Notes: generated from the sequence alone by a model not told the origin. A stretch of DNA of 63,910 nt, filler included, from Reticulomyxa filosa (GCA_000512085.1; 12 parts of 12 records of this genome joined end to end with filler, not necessarily neighbours in it); one strand, 5' to 3'. Counted from the first letter of the whole stretch, positions 40,001 through 54,117 are shown. Translations and numbers: made by a program.

Positions 40001-43000
40001 TCCCACGGAGTAATGTATTGGAACAGATTAGGGATTAGCTGTTCGTCGCCGTGACTCATACCCGAACGCCAATGCGTTGTCTCCAACTCGGTTTGCTTGC
40101 CGTATCGTCGATCCGATTCCGGAATGATAATGTGTCCCATGGAAAGCATGCCCAGACCTCCCAATTCTTTGGGCGTATAAAACACCACGGGCGGGAAACG
40201 CGAAGGCATCTTACTGTTCAAACCTATTTTGATACGTGTTTGAATCTTGTTTTCACATTTGACCAACAAGTCGAGCAATTCTTGTGTGCAAATCACGGCC
40301 TCGCGATAATAGGTCATCAGGCCAATCAATGCGGTGTTCCATTTGTTTGCCACTTTTGTAAACGTGGTCTGTCCACTACTCATCAAAATCGCACGCACAC
40401 GATTTTCAAATGATTTCATGGCCTCTTCGCTCACGCGCAAATACGCAAATGCCGTACGTTCTTGTGTTTCTTCGTTTTGCAAGCTCCATGTGCCTTGTTT
40501 GATTGTGAATTGTTCCGTGGCTTGTCTCATTTTCGGAACGACGCGGACTTCAAATCCACACATGTCGAAGAGCAGATTGGGATTGTCCTGGGAATACACA
40601 GAAACGAACGAGTCTTCCCACAGTAAGGTGGTGACGGAGCGGGGTAATCGATTTTTGATTTCCCAAAACACTGCTCTGCCCAAATTGACATCGTGTCTCA
40701 TTAGTCGCATACGACAGTCTCTCGGCCAGCACTTTTTGTTGTTGTATCCAACCACGTTTTCATTGTTGGGATCGGGATTTTCCGTCAGATAGCGTTGGAT
40801 CAGTTCTCTGGCCTCGTCTCTTGAAAAGCGGAAGAGTACGTATACCTTATCCACGTAGCGTCCGTACAAACGAATAGGGTGACACGTTTCGACATCGCGA
40901 TTGGGGAATTCGAGCCAAGGATTAGGCTTTTCCGGAACTCCGGCAATTTGCGAGGCTCTGGTTAATCCCAGCACGAGCAGATCCAAGACTAAGGCATAGT
41001 ATTGGTACATGAAGCTCGCGAATTGAAGGCCACGCACAATGCCGTGGGAATTGGTATGTTGCATGTCTTTGTAGGAAATGATGACGTTGTTCTTCGAGGA
41101 CATGTAATCCGCAATATTGTGATCCACGATTAATCGCAGCAATCGATTGAGCAATGTCAAATCCATTTTTTCAAACACTTTATCAAACTGAGATTGCAGA
41201 CAAACCACACATTCGCCATTGGACGTGTCCCACACGTGGCTAACACGATTCATCCCTTGACACCACTTGTACACCAATAATGGTGGAGGCTCACTGTCGG
41301 CCGGTTTGACCCAGTTGGGGAATAGACGACGTTTATCCGCCTCGTACCACAAGTACTGATCCAAATATGCGTCTGTGATCTTCTCCAAAGGCTCGACTTC
41401 GTAGACGGGGATTAAATGGGAATACAAATCCATAAACTCAATGCCGACCTCTTTGAAAGATCGCAACGTCAGCAAATGTCGTTTGATGCGTCCCAAAGCC
41501 TCGTGAGGATTGTCGTAGGCGTTTTCAATGAGTCCGAGCTCTTCTCTCTGCGATTGGTTCAAGCGCGATTTGGCGCTGTACGATTCTTTGAGTCGTTCCA
41601 AGCATAGGATTAGCAATTTGGTATCGTGTTTGTAGGAAATGGGAGGGAAAGGGATGGGTGAAAACTTTCGACTTTCCAGCCAATGGACAGTGGTGGTATA
41701 GATAGCCACGGCCTCCTCGTTGCTCACATAAGGACCATCTTTCAGATAGTTGTGTTGTCTCTCTTGTTCCTGCTTCAGCCACAAGCGCGTCAGTCGTCCC
41801 AGATTCTTCTTGCATACTGTCTTATCGACCGTGGCTCCTCGACGAATGCGTTCACGATTGTAATGAGCCACCGACGTCCACCAATCGGCCTTTGCTTTGA
41901 CATATTTCAAAATCATATTTTCAATGGGCGCAGGTAGGCCGGGTACCTTCCATGGAATGTTGGCCTTCCAGCAGCGCCAGGCCTCACTCAGATGTTGCAA
42001 GATGGTACGTGCCTTGTTAGCCTTGACCCCCTCGGGCATCATATCCAGGATATCATGCATTACTGCGGCGCGCAGTTCCAAATCAAAGTGCGATTCCACG
42101 CGTTGCTTGGTGACTGTCTTGGCCACGCCCTTGCTCTGTCGACCTTCGAATTGCCTGGCCAGCAGATTGCCGAGCCATCGTTCCAGCAGAGGCACTACTC
42201 CTCGCAGGAAGAACAGCCACACGCGCCAACCTGGGGCCCAGAAGCCCACGCCCGGTCCTTTGCCCACGGGCCCTGTGTTGAAGCGGTAATAAATCAGATG
42301 CTTCAGATCTTTGCACATGCGGATTTGACGCATGAGACGATACTTGTAGCGGTACATGCCGGTCAGCTGTCCAACGTGCGCAAAGATGTACTGCAGGCCG
42401 TCTGCGAGCTGAAAGGCTTCGACGTTGCCCAGACGATACTGGATTTGACTGTCGACCACCAGCTTGGTCAGACGCAATATCTCGCGGGTCAGATGGAAGG
42501 CGTTACCGAAACGTGACTTCTTGCGCTCTTTCGTGGTCAGTGTCTTGATGGGCTTCAGGTTGAAGTTGTAATCCAAATGCAAGTAGTTCAGGTTCTTGCG
42601 ATGGATCAATAGGTTCAGCATGTTATAACCCTGTCGACATACTTGCAAACCTGCCTCGACCCAGTCGAGCTCTGTCTCTTGGAAGAACTTGGTTTGACGG
42701 AAGGCCTTGAATAGATATTTCTTATTCAACGCCTTTGGAGCGCGATGATGCAGTTCGTTCAACACCCATACCTTTAGCAGCTTCTGATACGACACGCGGA
42801 CTTTCACAGGGTATTCGCGGGGACAGTGTTCTTTGAACCACGGGTTCACCAGTGGCACGTCGATGCATCGACGCATGTTGCCGCTGCGTTTATCAAATGG
42901 GTGGGGAGCCCAGTACAATGCAATGCCGGTCGACGTGTTTTCGCTGTAGGGTGCAAAGTCCTCGCAGATGGGACGTAGTCCTTCCCACACGATTTCCGAG

Positions 43001-43116
43001 TCAGCAAATCCACCACCACCATTACTATTACTATTACCATTACCATTACCATTACTATTATCTCCTCCTCCTACTACTACTACTCCATCAATCGTTGGAA
43101 CCGAAAGGGTTTGAAT
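37009..43116 (-). CDS. PRP8: Pre-mRNA-processing-splicing factor 8, 5'-truncated by gap
   Basis: Near-canonical PRP8 sequence throughout ([41 protein letters not shown], RNase H-like and Jab1/MPN domains, [17 protein letters not shown]). The frame is open from 37009 up to the gap at 43117. Confidence 0.99.
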   Translation of the reverse strand: MQTLSVPTIDGVVVVGGGDNSNGNGNGNSNSNGGGGFADSEIVWEGLRPICEDFAPYSENTSTGIALYWAPHPFDKRSGNMRRCIDVPLVNPWFKEHCPREYPVKVRVSYQKLLKVWVLNELHHRAPKALNKKYLFKAFRQTKFFQETELDWVEAGLQVCRQGYNMLNLLIHRKNLNYLHLDYNFNLKPIKTLTTKERKKSRFGNAFHLTREILRLTKLVVDSQIQYRLGNVEAFQLADGLQYIFAHVGQLTGMYRYKYRLMRQIRMCKDLKHLIYYRFNTGPVGKGPGVGFWAPGWRVWLFFLRGVVPLLERWLGNLLARQFEGRQSKGVAKTVTKQRVESHFDLELRAAVMHDILDMMPEGVKANKARTILQHLSEAWRCWKANIPWKVPGLPAPIENMILKYVKAKADWWTSVAHYNRERIRRGATVDKTVCKKNLGRLTRLWLKQEQERQHNYLKDGPYVSNEEAVAIYTTTVHWLESRKFSPIPFPPISYKHDTKLLILCLERLKESYSAKSRLNQSQREELGLIENAYDNPHEALGRIKRHLLTLRSFKEVGIEFMDLYSHLIPVYEVEPLEKITDAYLDQYLWYEADKRRLFPNWVKPADSEPPPLLVYKWCQGMNRVSHVWDTSNGECVVCLQSQFDKVFEKMDLTLLNRLLRLIVDHNIADYMSSKNNVIISYKDMQHTNSHGIVRGLQFASFMYQYYALVLDLLVLGLTRASQIAGVPEKPNPWLEFPNRDVETCHPIRLYGRYVDKVYVLFRFSRDEARELIQRYLTENPDPNNENVVGYNNKKCWPRDCRMRLMRHDVNLGRAVFWEIKNRLPRSVTTLLWEDSFVSVYSQDNPNLLFDMCGFEVRVVPKMRQATEQFTIKQGTWSLQNEETQERTAFAYLRVSEEAMKSFENRVRAILMSSGQTTFTKVANKWNTALIGLMTYYREAVICTQELLDLLVKCENKIQTRIKIGLNSKMPSRFPPVVFYTPKELGGLGMLSMGHIIIPESDRRYGKQTELETTHWRSGMSHGDEQLIPNLFQYITPWESEFQDSQRVWAEYANKRQEAIQQNKRLTLEDLEDSWDKGIPRINTLFQKDRHTLAYDKGWRVRTDFKKYQVLRQNPFWWTHQRHDGKLWNLNNYRTDVIQALGGVEGILEHTLFKGTYFPTWEGLFWEKASGFEESMKYKKLTNAQRSGLNQIPNRRFTLWWSPTINRANVYVGFQVQLDLTGIFMHGKIPTLKISLIQIFRAHLWQKIHKSLVMDVCQVFDQSLDVLEIETVQKETIHPRKSYKMNSSCADILLFAAYKWQVSTPSLLSDKTETYDGATNTKYWIDIQLRWGDYDSHDIERYCRAKFLDYTTDQMSLYPSATGVLLGIDLAYNLHSGFGNWFPGVKSLLQRAMAKVMKANPALYVLRERIRKGLQLYSSEPTEPYLSSSNYGELFSNQIIWFVDDTQVYRVTIHKTFEGNLTTKPINGAMFVFNPRTGQLYLKIIHTSVWAGQKRLSQLAKWKTAEEVAALIRALPPEEQPKQIIVTRKGMLDPLEVHLLDFPNIVIKGSELSLPFQSFATIEKFGDLILKATEPQMCLFNLYDEWLKSISSYTAFSRLILIFRALHVNPDKTKMILKPNRSVITQSHHIWPSLTDEEWINVEIQLKDLILNDYAKKNNVNVQSLTQSEIRDIILGAEIQPPSQNEAAIEEIDKPGPGKGGDGGNEALLSVSTKTTNKHGETMVITTTTQFEQKTFSSRTDWRIRAISASNLHMRTNHIYVNSDDILETGLTYVLPKNILRKFICISDLRTQIAGFIYGTSPPDNNQVKEIRAIVMPPQIGSHMSVTLPLNTPDLSGTPYMSDLEPLGWIHTQPAELPELSAQDIVTHAKCLLHNKQWVAERVIIITCSYTPGSVTLTAYRLTPEGFEWGKEHKDVNVASQLQSQLSSNATYYDKIQMLLSDRFLGFYMTPDAGSWNRNFMGQTFNVGMKYGLKVGNPMPFYHEMHRPTHFLKFATMENATNLTRENERDNESRNTKEKETVELGEEADREDVFS

Positions 43117-43216
43117 NNNNNNNNNNNNNNNNNNNNNNNNNNNNNNNNNNNNNNNNNNNNTTAATTAATTAANNNNNNNNNNNNNNNNNNNNNNNNNNNN
43201 NNNNNNNNNNNNNNNN

Positions 43217-43625
43217 TTTTTTATTTATATTTTCATTTTTTATTTATATTTGAGATTAGAGGGAAGGGAAAATTTGGTGGGAAAAGAAAAATTGAGGGAA
43301 AAAATCAAGTGGAAAAAAGGGAGGGAAAAAAGTGATTGGAAAAATGATAAAAAATAAATGGAAAAAGGGTGGATGGGGGGGTGGCAAAAATTTTATTTAA
43401 GAAAATTGAAAAAAATAAAAAAAAGAGTAAAAAATAAAAAAGAATGCTGGAAAATGAAAAATTTTAAAAAATGACAATGGGAAAAAAAAGAAAAAAAAAG
43501 ATTAAAAGAGAAAAAATGAAAAAGAAATAGAAAAGATAGAAAAAGAAAAAAAAGAGAAAAAAGTAAAAGGGAAGAGGGTAGTAAATAAAAAGAATAATGA
43601 AAAATAAGAAAAAAAAAAGAAAAAG
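43217..43625. repeat. Purine-rich low-complexity tract (probably low-quality contig end)
   Basis: Almost entirely A/G runs next to the assembly spacer. Confidence 0.6.
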
Positions 43626-43629
43626 CGCA

Positions 43630-46600
43630 ATGATCGTATACGTGCGCAATTGGCAACTTTGGATTTTTAATTGTTAGTTTGCTATGATGGAAGTCGTTAG
43701 TGTGCTTTGGATTGGATGAATTGTTGGTGCATTTGGACAGCGAAAGCAAGTTCGCCAAGAAGAAAAAAATGGTTATATCGTGCAAGGTGATGGATGAGTT
43801 GTGGCGAAACTCCAGCAAGGAGATGAAGATTATGAAGAGAGGAGGATGAACAGAAGAATATCCCGAATAACATCACGTTGAATTTGTTAAAAAAAAATTA
43901 TGTCGGCCGTCTTTCTGAGTTTTATTATAGAAATATCCATTCATCTAGGAAACGCTCAAAGTCTACACTCGCTGGCGTGAACTAACTTCATATATCGTGC
44001 TCCAGTGAAAGATGAAGAACTAGTGTTATATATGTCATTGACAACACGAAGCATTGGAAAGAATTTTCTCAGCATTAACGTCAGCAAGCAAGTGTATGCA
44101 AATAATTATCGACTTGCAAATCGCCAAAGAGGGCGCCCAACTGCGATCTGCCGGAGTCAAAAAACAATGGAACCTCAATTGTTATGTAAATAGCGCTAAT
44201 TTTATAAGCGCAAAAAAAAGAAACTTGACGTATACGTGCGCACATTGCAATTTTGGAATTTGGATCGTGCATATGCTGATAATAGCAACGAATGCCCAAG
44301 AATGTAACTCCATTCATCGTTAGATCGCCAATTGAAATTTTGTATATAATGGAAATACAAGCACAAACTATGTCTCATTACAATGCGATGATGTTTTCAA
44401 GTATAAACTCCGTCAGCTCTCGTTTATAAGATTTTCTAAGCTCAATCCCGGACAATCGAGATCTTGGTGCCACCAGACGAAAGCAACATCATCAAGAAGA
44501 AAAAAAGAAAGAAGTGGTGATATGCGCAAAGTAGAAACATAATGTCGCAATGGCATCAGAGAAGAAATTGAAGGCGATGAAGAAAGAAGTGGAAATTGAT
44601 GACTTTGTTAAAAAATGCCCACTCAGAAAGATCAATTGTTTCATGTGAGATTGGTTTAATTTAGTTGAGGAGTTGTGCGAAACTCCGTTAACACAGCGGC
44701 AAGCAAGAAGAAGAGATTATAAGGAGGTGGATGATGAAGAGAAGAAAGAAAATCTTGAAATCATATAGCGTTGGATCTTTAAAAAAAACAAACTCGTCTT
44801 CCAGATTTGCTTAGTTTGTTTATTGGATATTCACGCCAGCGAGTGGAGACTTTGCGTTTCCAGACATGAGTCGAACTACTGTCTATAGGCTTCAACAAGC
44901 AAGATTATTATAAAGATAGTGCTAAATGCTTGTATCGAAACTGATAGTGTGCGTGCGAACATACTTAACTTTGGATTTTTAATCGTGGGCACGCTGTTGA
45001 TGGGATGAATGGTGAAATCGCGAATGAGGTAAGCATTAATAATCGGTGAAAATATATATATACATATATATATAGAACTAGTTGCATTTTCTGATCCAGC
45101 TAGGCAAAGATTATCCGCGTTTATTCGACAGACGCAAGGTACACGATTCTTGAAGTGATGGTCTCCGGGATCGGCTGTAAACTACAGAAAGCGTGTTGGA
45201 TACTTTGTATTGGTTGCATCATCCCAGCACTTGGAAGACAATAAAGTGAATATCACCAATTTGAGTCGACGTGCTTTTAAATTTTGAATCGCGTAGTGAT
45301 ATTTGGGCGTACTCAAAATCGTTGAACCATTGCAATGAAGAACATCAAGAATGAATATGTCCAATAACAAAAATGAAAATACGAATGATACCGTCCCTCC
45401 GTCATTAAATCGCCAACCCAATTATTATCGAGTTGACACTCATGGTGATGGATGCAGAAATTTCTAAGAAACGTCATTATCCAACGTCAATGTGGTGTCA
45501 CTTATCATAAGAGCGACAAGAGTGGACGAATTTCGTATTCGAAAATGTCAATCACAAGATGGCATTGGAATCGTTGAAAAAAATTGTCCCAGTTCAATTG
45601 TGGACAATCTTTCTTTGGTGAGCTTGCTTTCGTTCGTAGTCGGGCAGCATAAAGGTCCAGCAAGACTTGACCACAAAAAAAAAAAAAATGATATCGACAT
45701 TATGGTATCATCACAGCAGCGACAGATCGAAGAAATGGAAAAAAAGAGGATGCAATGCAATCACATATTGAGATCGAATAAGCCATTCTCACATGAAACC
45801 ATTTTCCTGGTGTTGTTGTTGCTCCAATTTGGTGGATTAGTTTTGCAATAATCAAGCCAAGGGTCATCAACAAGAAGAGGAAGATGATGATAAAAAAGAA
45901 GAAAAGATTATTCCAAGGCCATACCATAGTTAGATTTGTTTTAAAAAGAACAAATCATTTGCCGCTATTGTCTTGATTATGGCTCTTTAAACACACGCAA
46001 GTGGCGACTTTGCGCATCTTTAACAATTTCACATATTGCGCCCCCTCAATGGAAATTGCTGTACGGTGTGTGACGATGTCAAGCGCAACGACGATGATAA
46101 TGATGACGACCACGAAACGCAGTCCATGTTCTCTCTATTCATTTGCCAATTATTTCAAGATATTGGACTGATGTTTTGTGCGCCGATATTTGGGTGTTGC
46201 TGCTGTTGGTGTGCGTGGAAGAGGCTAACGTTGTAGCGCCATTTATTACAAAAACAACAAGGTCGTACGTGCCAATCAATAATTGAGTCGACTATTCAAA
46301 AGTTGCTCCATTATTTGATCAATGAAAATAAAGCTTGAATATTGGCAATATGTTGGTGGCGCTGGGCCATGCTGCACGAATACATGGGCAATATTTTATG
46401 TCAGCGGTCGAGTCCCCTATATTCTCTATCATCTCAAAGAAGTAGATACGAACGAATTTCAAAAAACCAAAAATGGAATGGTCTGCCATTGACAAGACCG
46501 CCACTCAAAGAAATGATAGCTCTTGGGGAAGAGCATTTCAGTGATGATATCTTCCTTCAAGTCGGTTCAATTGTTCATACTTGATGAAGGTATTATCATT

Positions 46601-46700
46601 GAAATCAACGCGTGCATTCCGGCACAAGAACTCAAGATATTTGATTGGTAATTGTGCGCCTGTCTCTTTCCTGCTATCTGACGCTGTAATCGTACTTGGA
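43630..46700 (+). pseudogene. Decayed, internally repeated coding-like sequence of unknown family
   Basis: Elevated GC. The motif CGTGCG..A..T..AA.TTTGGA.TTT recurs at about 43640, 44235 and 44952, and GAGTTGTG(G)CGAAACTCC at about 43796 and 44670. Protein-like frames are broken by many stops. Confidence 0.45.
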
Positions 46701-47696
46701 TCCATTACTTGAAAAAGTTTTTTTTTGTATGTGTACATATTAACATAAAACATCTTTATAATATGTGGTATGTATTACTTGAACTTTTTGAATAGGTATT
46801 TAAAGTTGTGCAAATGAAAATGGGCAAATTGCTGCTGTTCATATCATTATTGCTGAAGTGAACCCAGCAAAAATAGTAATAATGATAGCAACGGTGTGCA
46901 TTGATTATGGTATTGTATTTTGAATACGTGTAATTAGAAAAAAAATGTGGATGTCCATATCGGTGTAATGTACTCATAATTGACTGAAAGTGGTGAGCTG
47001 CGCAACCTATGTTCCAAGTTATAACATTTTTTTATAGTGTAATTGAAACATTTGAAACACGTATGATGAATACACATGTATATAACATAGGGCTCCAAAG
47101 AATCCGATACCTGTCTGTCGAACAATTGAAAGTGGCTGTTGTGGTTGCGATGCCACAAGCAAAGATGAAGTGAAATCAATAATGCCATGTTGGTGGCATA
47201 TTTGATTGCAAGTGTTTGACCTTGCCCCAAATTTTATTTGTTTTTTTTAATAATAATTGCAATTCTCCAGTTCACCTAACAAATTATATTCATCGTAAAA
47301 AAACTTCTGAATTTTAATATTTTATCTAAAGTCAAAAATATGCAGATATCTTCGATTTGGTTTTTACTAATAACTGAAATTAATTTTATGTTAATATGAA
47401 ATAGACTTCCATATTGTTTAGAGTTGGTACCAGAAAAAAAAAGAACATTATATAGTTCAATTCATATCAAGTGCTCCAAAGGGCCATATGTAAGCGCCGG
47501 CTGTGTAAAATAGGAATTGATTCTTGCCATTATTCCAAAATCGTTGTGAAGCTCAATTGCCAAAAACTTCACCCACGTTGTTCTACGAGCAATATCTGGG
47601 TAAAATTAAACTTTTCGCACCTTTCCAAACTTCTCTTCATCGCATTTCCACAAACAAAGATTTCTGTTTTCTGGACCAGAGAAGGGAGTTTCCACA

Positions 47697-48420
47697 ATCG
47701 CATAAAATTGTAAATCTTTCAATATCAAAAATCATATTGAATTTTTTCACTTTGGATGGTTTTACTATTGTTATTAAATATTTTTGTAATTTAGCCTAAA
47801 TTTAATATTTCATTCACTTTCGCTTCGAGTAATTAAATTTCAAACTTGTTGCATGCTGTCTTTCAATTCATAAGATAATCTTGATTTATACAATAGCCGT
47901 GTATATCAATTATAGGTTTGATTTCTCCAATCTCCACCCTTTCATCTTCTTTTTGTAATGTGTCTAATCTTTGTTTGATTTGATCACTTTTTACCTTTTT
48001 TGAAAAAAAAAAAAATATATACGTATACAATAAAACAAATAATTTATATTATGAAAAAAAAGAAAAGCAGTTATGTACAACCTATGTAATATTATAACTT
48101 GTTCACTTTTATTTTTCAATTCTTGTATCTTATTCTCTCCATCTGTATTATCAGCTTTCTATTTGTATTTAAATGTAAAACTAAGTACTTATCAATTTTA
48201 TTTTTTTTGCACTGAGTGTAAACTAACTTTTTGCGTCATCAATGCAGAGACTATATTTTCAATGATCGCGGATACATTACCATTATTTTCTTCAAGTTGT
48301 CTCTTCACTTTTCTTCTTCCATTACATCACCACATAATCTTATTAACGTTCTCAGCTCTGTTGGATTATTTCCTTGATCCTCACCATGTTGCATTCCTCC
48401 CACAAGTCTGTCACTGTCTT
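47697..48420 (-). pseudogene. Decayed paralog of the CUE-like/Zn/RelA-SpoT-like gene at 62670-63910
   Basis: Reads RLVGGMQ, LIRLCGDVMEEE, NNGNVSAIIENIV, EIGEIKPIIDIHGYC, LSYELK, QHATS, LQKYLITIVKP and FDIERFTILCD, collinear with the intact copy. Deletions and frameshifts. Confidence 0.8.
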
Positions 48421-49554
48421 TATTTACAGGACCCATCACTTTTTCATCTTTATATGATACGCATATATATCTTCTTTGGCTGCGATTATCATTATTCTTT
48501 TTTTCTTTTTTTACTTCAAGGTATACATCTCACTAATTATGTATGTGCCTTTTCCTTTTTTTTTTTGAGTCTTGTCAAATTAACCTCGTCCAAAGTGGTC
48601 TGTCTTTTTAATTGGTTCCTAGTTGACAACAATGTATTCCTTTATGTAAATGATCTTTAAGGTTTTTTTTTGTGGTACATAGTGGGTATTTTTTTAAGTT
48701 GCAACGGAAAAACGAAACACAGCTTGCAAACTTGAATGCACGTTAATAACGAGTGATATCATAATCAAAGCAGATGATTTCCAAAAAAGATTCTCTTCAT
48801 TTGCTTTGTGTTTTTGTAATACGCGCCAGCTGAGAAAAAAATTAAGTAATTTACACGCTTACTCATAATTTTGTTTGATAACTAATTACAATTAAAACAT
48901 TGCAGGCATTGGACAGTGAGAAGTTTGCTTTTGTGTATTGTGCTGAACACCACTTCTGTTCCAATTTTATTGATGTGCGTGTACAGTAGAACCAAACAAC
49001 AATATTTCAATTTGCAACTCCCAATGTTTGGGAACTTCTTTTCGATAATAAAGTTTGTCATCCACTACTCCTAATCCCAAGTACTGCAATTGCAAGTGTG
49101 TGTGATGTGTTCTTGACGTTTCCATGTTTTGATAATGTATCATCGTGTTGTTTGTGTTGTACATCTACTTGTGGTTTTTCTTCTGTTTGTCCGTTTTCTG
49201 TATCAGACATTTTTCCCACTGATGATAATTCTGAAAAAGATGAACTTTTCAGCTTCGTCCCAAACTGAGTCATGTCTAACTTTGTTATGCTTTGTTTTTC
49301 AAAATCCTTTTTTATAAGACAGCAAGTGTTCTGGATAGTCAAAGTATAAAATGTTAGATTTGAAATGTTTTGAAGTAAGTTTTAGCTTGTTTGACACAAC
49401 AAAGTGATAAAAACATGACCCCGTTAAACAGATGGAATGTACAAAAAAAAAAAANNNNNNNNNNNNNNNNNNNNNNNNNNNNNNNNNNNNNNNNNNNNTT
49501 AATTAATTAANNNNNNNNNNNNNNNNNNNNNNNNNNNNNNNNNNNNNNNNNNNN

Positions 49555-49585
<31 letters not shown>

Positions 49586-50177
49586 GGGCTATTATTGTAA
49601 GTATTTGCACTGCGAAGCATAGAATCACGCTTTTCATCTTCATCATCGACATCAACTTCACTTCGGACCGGTACTAGCGAGTCCAATGTGTCCTGGTAAT
49701 CTTGATGCTTTTTGCGACGGATCGCCTTTTCAATCATTATGCCCGCGCTTTTCATGCGTTGTGTTAGCGCATTGTTGATACGCATCAATCTTCCAATCGA
49801 TGTTCTGGCCTCTTGCAAATCCGTTGTCAACTCTTGAATAGTTCCAGACAATTGCAACGCTTCTATTTCGTGGCTCTTTTGGTTTGTTTGCATTTGCTTC
49901 GCCAAGTCTTCAATTTGTATTCGAAAGTTATTGCGCACTTCCGAAAGTGTTTGCACTAACTCATGGATTTCTTGTTTGTACGCTTCGTCTTTGCTTTTCT
50001 AAGCCAGTTCATGTTCAACATCACAAACAATGCACTTCAACTTTTTTTCTCAAAAAAAAAAAAAAGGTATATAAAAAAAAATTCCAATAAGGATTTTGTC
50101 AAAAAGAGAAAGAAATTACAGGATTGCATATACATGATTGTATGTGTGTGTAAACAAATATTTATGATAACATGCAC

Positions 50178-50221
<44 letters not shown>

Positions 50222-50623
50222 TAAAACTTTTAAATTGATTAATTCTTTTTCATACATCATTTTCAAATCTTGTACTTGTTTTTGATGATCACTGGTTTGT
50301 TGTAACATTTGTTCATTCAAATCTTTGATTTGGGCATTGCTAATGTTAATCTTTTGACTGTAATCAGTCAACACAGATTGCAGTATATTTTGCAAATCGT
50401 CATATTTTTTGATTTGTTCTTTTAGTATCACTGTTTGTTCGCCCAACAAGGCTTGCAATTGCTCTGTTTCTTCTGCGTCATTGTCTTGCGTCGTCTTTGC
50501 CGCATTTCCGTTTCCTATTTGTGTTATGTGTCCCCAAACAAGGGAAGCACAAGCCGTATTCAATGCATTTACTTCCAATCTGCATTTCAAACGCCATGGA
50601 TGTACATGGCAAAAAGTAACCAA
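49555..50623 (-). CDS. Coiled-coil protein fragment, multi-exon, partial
   Basis: Heptad-rich ORFs 50180-50623 and 49555-49956, bounded by gaps. Confidence 0.55.
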
Positions 50624-50637
50624 AAACTGGTGTCATT

Positions 50638-50677
<40 letters not shown>

Positions 50678-50869
50678 NNNNNNNNNNNNNNNNNNNNNNN
50701 NNNNNNNNNNNNNNNNNNNNNTTAATTAATTAANNNNNNNNNNNNNNNNNNNNNNNNNNNNNNNNNNNNNNNNNNNNGTTCAGACATTAAAAAAATAATA
50801 TATATGTATATATATATATATTATGCACATATATACATATGTACATAAGTACATATTTTTTTTTTTTTT

Positions 50870-51409
50870 TTGTAACGTTGTCTCGGGAAATGTAAAAACC
50901 TCTCATATCTTCTCGCAACAATCCCTCATATTTGCCAATGGTTAGGTTGGCTTTGATCGTACTGTGGTTGCAGTCTTTCATGTCGCTTAGCAGTGACCAC
51001 ACACTTGTTTGGTTGAAAAATAGTGTAGAGATCTCATAATCGGAGTTGTATATTTCTTCTGTGCCTTCGTATGAGGTCGTCGTACTCGAACAAGGCCCTG
51101 TGATCGCCAACGTCGTTTGTCTTATTTGCACTGACAACTCGGGCGCTCGGTTCAGCTGGATACTCAATGGGGTTGTTGTGTCGTTCACTTTCGTCAGGAG
51201 ACTATCAAGTAGCTGTCCTCTATTGTCAAGGATACTAACACCTGTCCCGAAAATGTTAAGTTATTGAAAAAGGGCCGGACCGTCAACTCGTACATTTCTG
51301 GATATACTTCGCTTGGCAACCGAAAGGAATTCTTAATGTTATTTTGCTGACCAACACAGCCAGCACAAAAGGCCAACAGTGCTATCGTCAACGACTTCAA
51401 AATTGACAT
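50870..51409 (-). CDS. M1-family aminopeptidase (aminopeptidase N-like), N-terminal part with signal peptide
   Basis: MSILKSLTIALLAFCAGCVG signal peptide, FRLPSEVYPEMYEL...FSGQV and YEGLLREDMRGFYIS. One frameshift at about 51215. An intron and a gap follow. Confidence 0.8.
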
Positions 51410-52602
51410 TATTACTTATGATTTTTTTTTGTTAAATTTTTAAAAAAGTGCACCTTTTTTTTCATGCTTAAGAGTGTAGGAACATTGAATAATGTTTAAA
51501 TACTTCATTTAAAAAAACATGTACATATTGCCTCCGATTGTGTGGTTCTGTCTCCAGCTAAAAAACTGGGTTGACAGAGCTATTTATTCTGTGTATTTGT
51601 GATCGTTTTAGAAAAACATGAAGCGCAAAGGTTATCAACAAATGTTATTGCAATATTAGAAAGTGATTAAGATTCGGTCATTTTCAACACCAGACAAAAA
51701 AAAAAAACAGCAAAAAAAAATCTTTTTTGGAGCAAATGAGCCATAAACTTGGCAAGAACACAACTGTGTTACTTTAGACAAAAAAAAAGAATATAGGTGG
51801 AAGAAGGGGGAAAAAAAAGCACAAAGGAGTAAAATGACACAACTCAAAAAAAAAGACAACCACAAGGTATTCTCATTCCAAATCAAAATTTGACATAAAA
51901 CCAACACAAGAACAAATAAGCGTAGACGGGTTATTTGGGGGTATTGTTTGTTCCGTTTCCTTTTGAATTTTTTGTATTTTCCTTCGATACACTCAATCAC
52001 ACAACACAAACAAATTAGACCATAAACCCACTTTGCTATTGCAATCTTATTTTTATTGGGAGGAAATAACCAAAAAACAAGACAAAAGAAAATAATAATA
52101 ATAAAGAGGAGAGAAAAAAAAAAAAGGGGTGAAATTTAAAAGAGAAAAAAAAACGTACACAAAATATAAAAAAAAAAATTAGTAATAATAGCGAGAAAAC
52201 ACACACAATTAGTTTAAAAAAAAAAACTACATTTTCATTGGGAACAAACAACGCAGATAGATATAAACAAAACACTATAAATAACCAGTCTACATTTTCT
52301 GATCAAAACAAGTTCAGTCCATTCGTTACTTTCATACCTCAACCAAATACGAACAACAACGTATTTATTACACACCAAAACAAACAACAACAAAAAATAA
52401 AAAATAAAAAATAAACAAAAAGACGATGATAGCACCAAAGTCCCTCTCTTTTCTTCCCTTCTCCTTTTTCTCCCTTTGTCACTCCCCCCCCCCCCTCCTT
52501 TCCCTAGCCCTTTTAACTCCGACAAACTCCCAAAGGGGGTAGATACAAGAGAACGAGACTAACAAAGCAGAGAAAGAAAGAGATACGTGACGCTGTAAAA
52601 AT

Positions 52603-53014
52603 CTAGTATGAATTGTGAATGAATTGAGACATTGGGAAGCCTTGATGAACCTGAGGCCAAGCGAAATAATTGCCATGTGGATTGTGTGAAACAAAGCGAT
52701 TAGGTTCCAGGCCCATCTGCGATGGAAAGTGGATAAACGGCAGTGTCGTTGTCGTCGTCATCGAATTGTTCACAACGCCAGGGTGGTGATTGGATGCCAT
52801 TGGTAGTGGCACACCACCCATGCACAATGGCACTTGCAACTGATGGTTAGTATACGTTGGAACGACGGAAGACGAAAGTGCGCCGCACGAACTCGATCGT
52901 ATTTCTTTTGCACTTTCTGCTTTTCTTTTCTTTTCCATTTCGAGTCGTTCCAATTTTTCCAATTCCATACTTATCCATCGATAATCAATATTTGTATTCG
53001 ATTCATCTTCATTT

Positions 53015-53052
<38 letters not shown>

Positions 53053-54117
53053 GTCATTGTTATTGATATTATTAGTATCAATGTCTTCATTTGCTTTACT
53101 ACCACACCAACCTTCTAACAAGCCTAAACACGTCAGCAAAGGTCGATGGTGGTGATCATGATGGCAAAGTGGACGAATGCTATTGCTTTCAGTACTAAGC
53201 GACAAGGAATTGCTGCCACTGCTGCTGCCATTACCATTGTCACCACTGCCGGGATTGCACGTGGGCAGTTCGTCATTGTTACACACACTGTTACTGGTGC
53301 TGATGTAGCCATCACCTACGCCCCCGCCACTTGGCGACAGGTAGCCATTTTTGTCACCACCGTTCGACTCTTCATCAGACATATTTTCTGCACACTCGTT
53401 GGTGCAAACTGTACATGACTCTGCTGATGAATTTCGAGAGATACTTGTGCTTATTGAATTGCTTCCTTTTTTTTTTTAAAAAAAAAAAACAAAACAAAAA
53501 TATGTACATTTCAGTCCGTACGTCATCAAATTATTTGTTGACATTAAATAATGTATACGTATACACCTTGGCAAAAAAAAAAAAAACACACAAAGCAGAA
53601 ACGCAAACGTATATAAACGTATATTACTATAGAAATTACATTTCATACACACATACACACTACCTAGAACGGATAATCGTCTCATGTTCATTTCTAATGC
53701 AATGTAGTTCTTGTCCTCAAAAGTTCCGCTCACAGCCTCGTAATGACGGTCATTTTTTTTCACTTGCTCCGAGAAGTCGGTGTAGCGAGTGTCATTTTTG
53801 TCCAAACGATCAATGATGGTACAATGGTGATGGATGTGCGGATGTGAATGCGTGTAATCCATCTCGTCCATATGTCTTTGCTGGGAAATACGCAATTCCT
53901 CTTGCTTCAGTGCTTGCTGCTGTGTAAGGATGGACAGGAGATTATTCGTTATGCATAACTGGTTCATTTGTGTAACTGACACTGTCTGGTCCGGATAGAA
54001 CACGTTTGGAGCAGTTTGAGGCTGTGTCGTTTGAGTTAATACATACTGTTGTTTATAACCATAATTATTACCATTTATTGGATGCGACAAACTTTGAGGA
54101 TTAAAACCAGCAATCAT
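52603..54117 (-). CDS. Uncharacterised low-complexity protein, two or more exons
   Basis: ORFs 53476-54117 and 52603-53382 are separated by an AT-rich intron-like stretch; poly-N tracts. Confidence 0.55.

Noticed and set aside
37648-42516. Long plus-strand ORFs overlapping PRP8
   Set aside because: These are antisense shadows of a strongly coding, GC-richer gene and have no motifs.
49020-49212. Possible small GTPase remnant (IAVLGIRSSG*QTL, minus strand)
   Set aside because: Only a broken P-loop-like string, with no supporting G3/G4 motifs.
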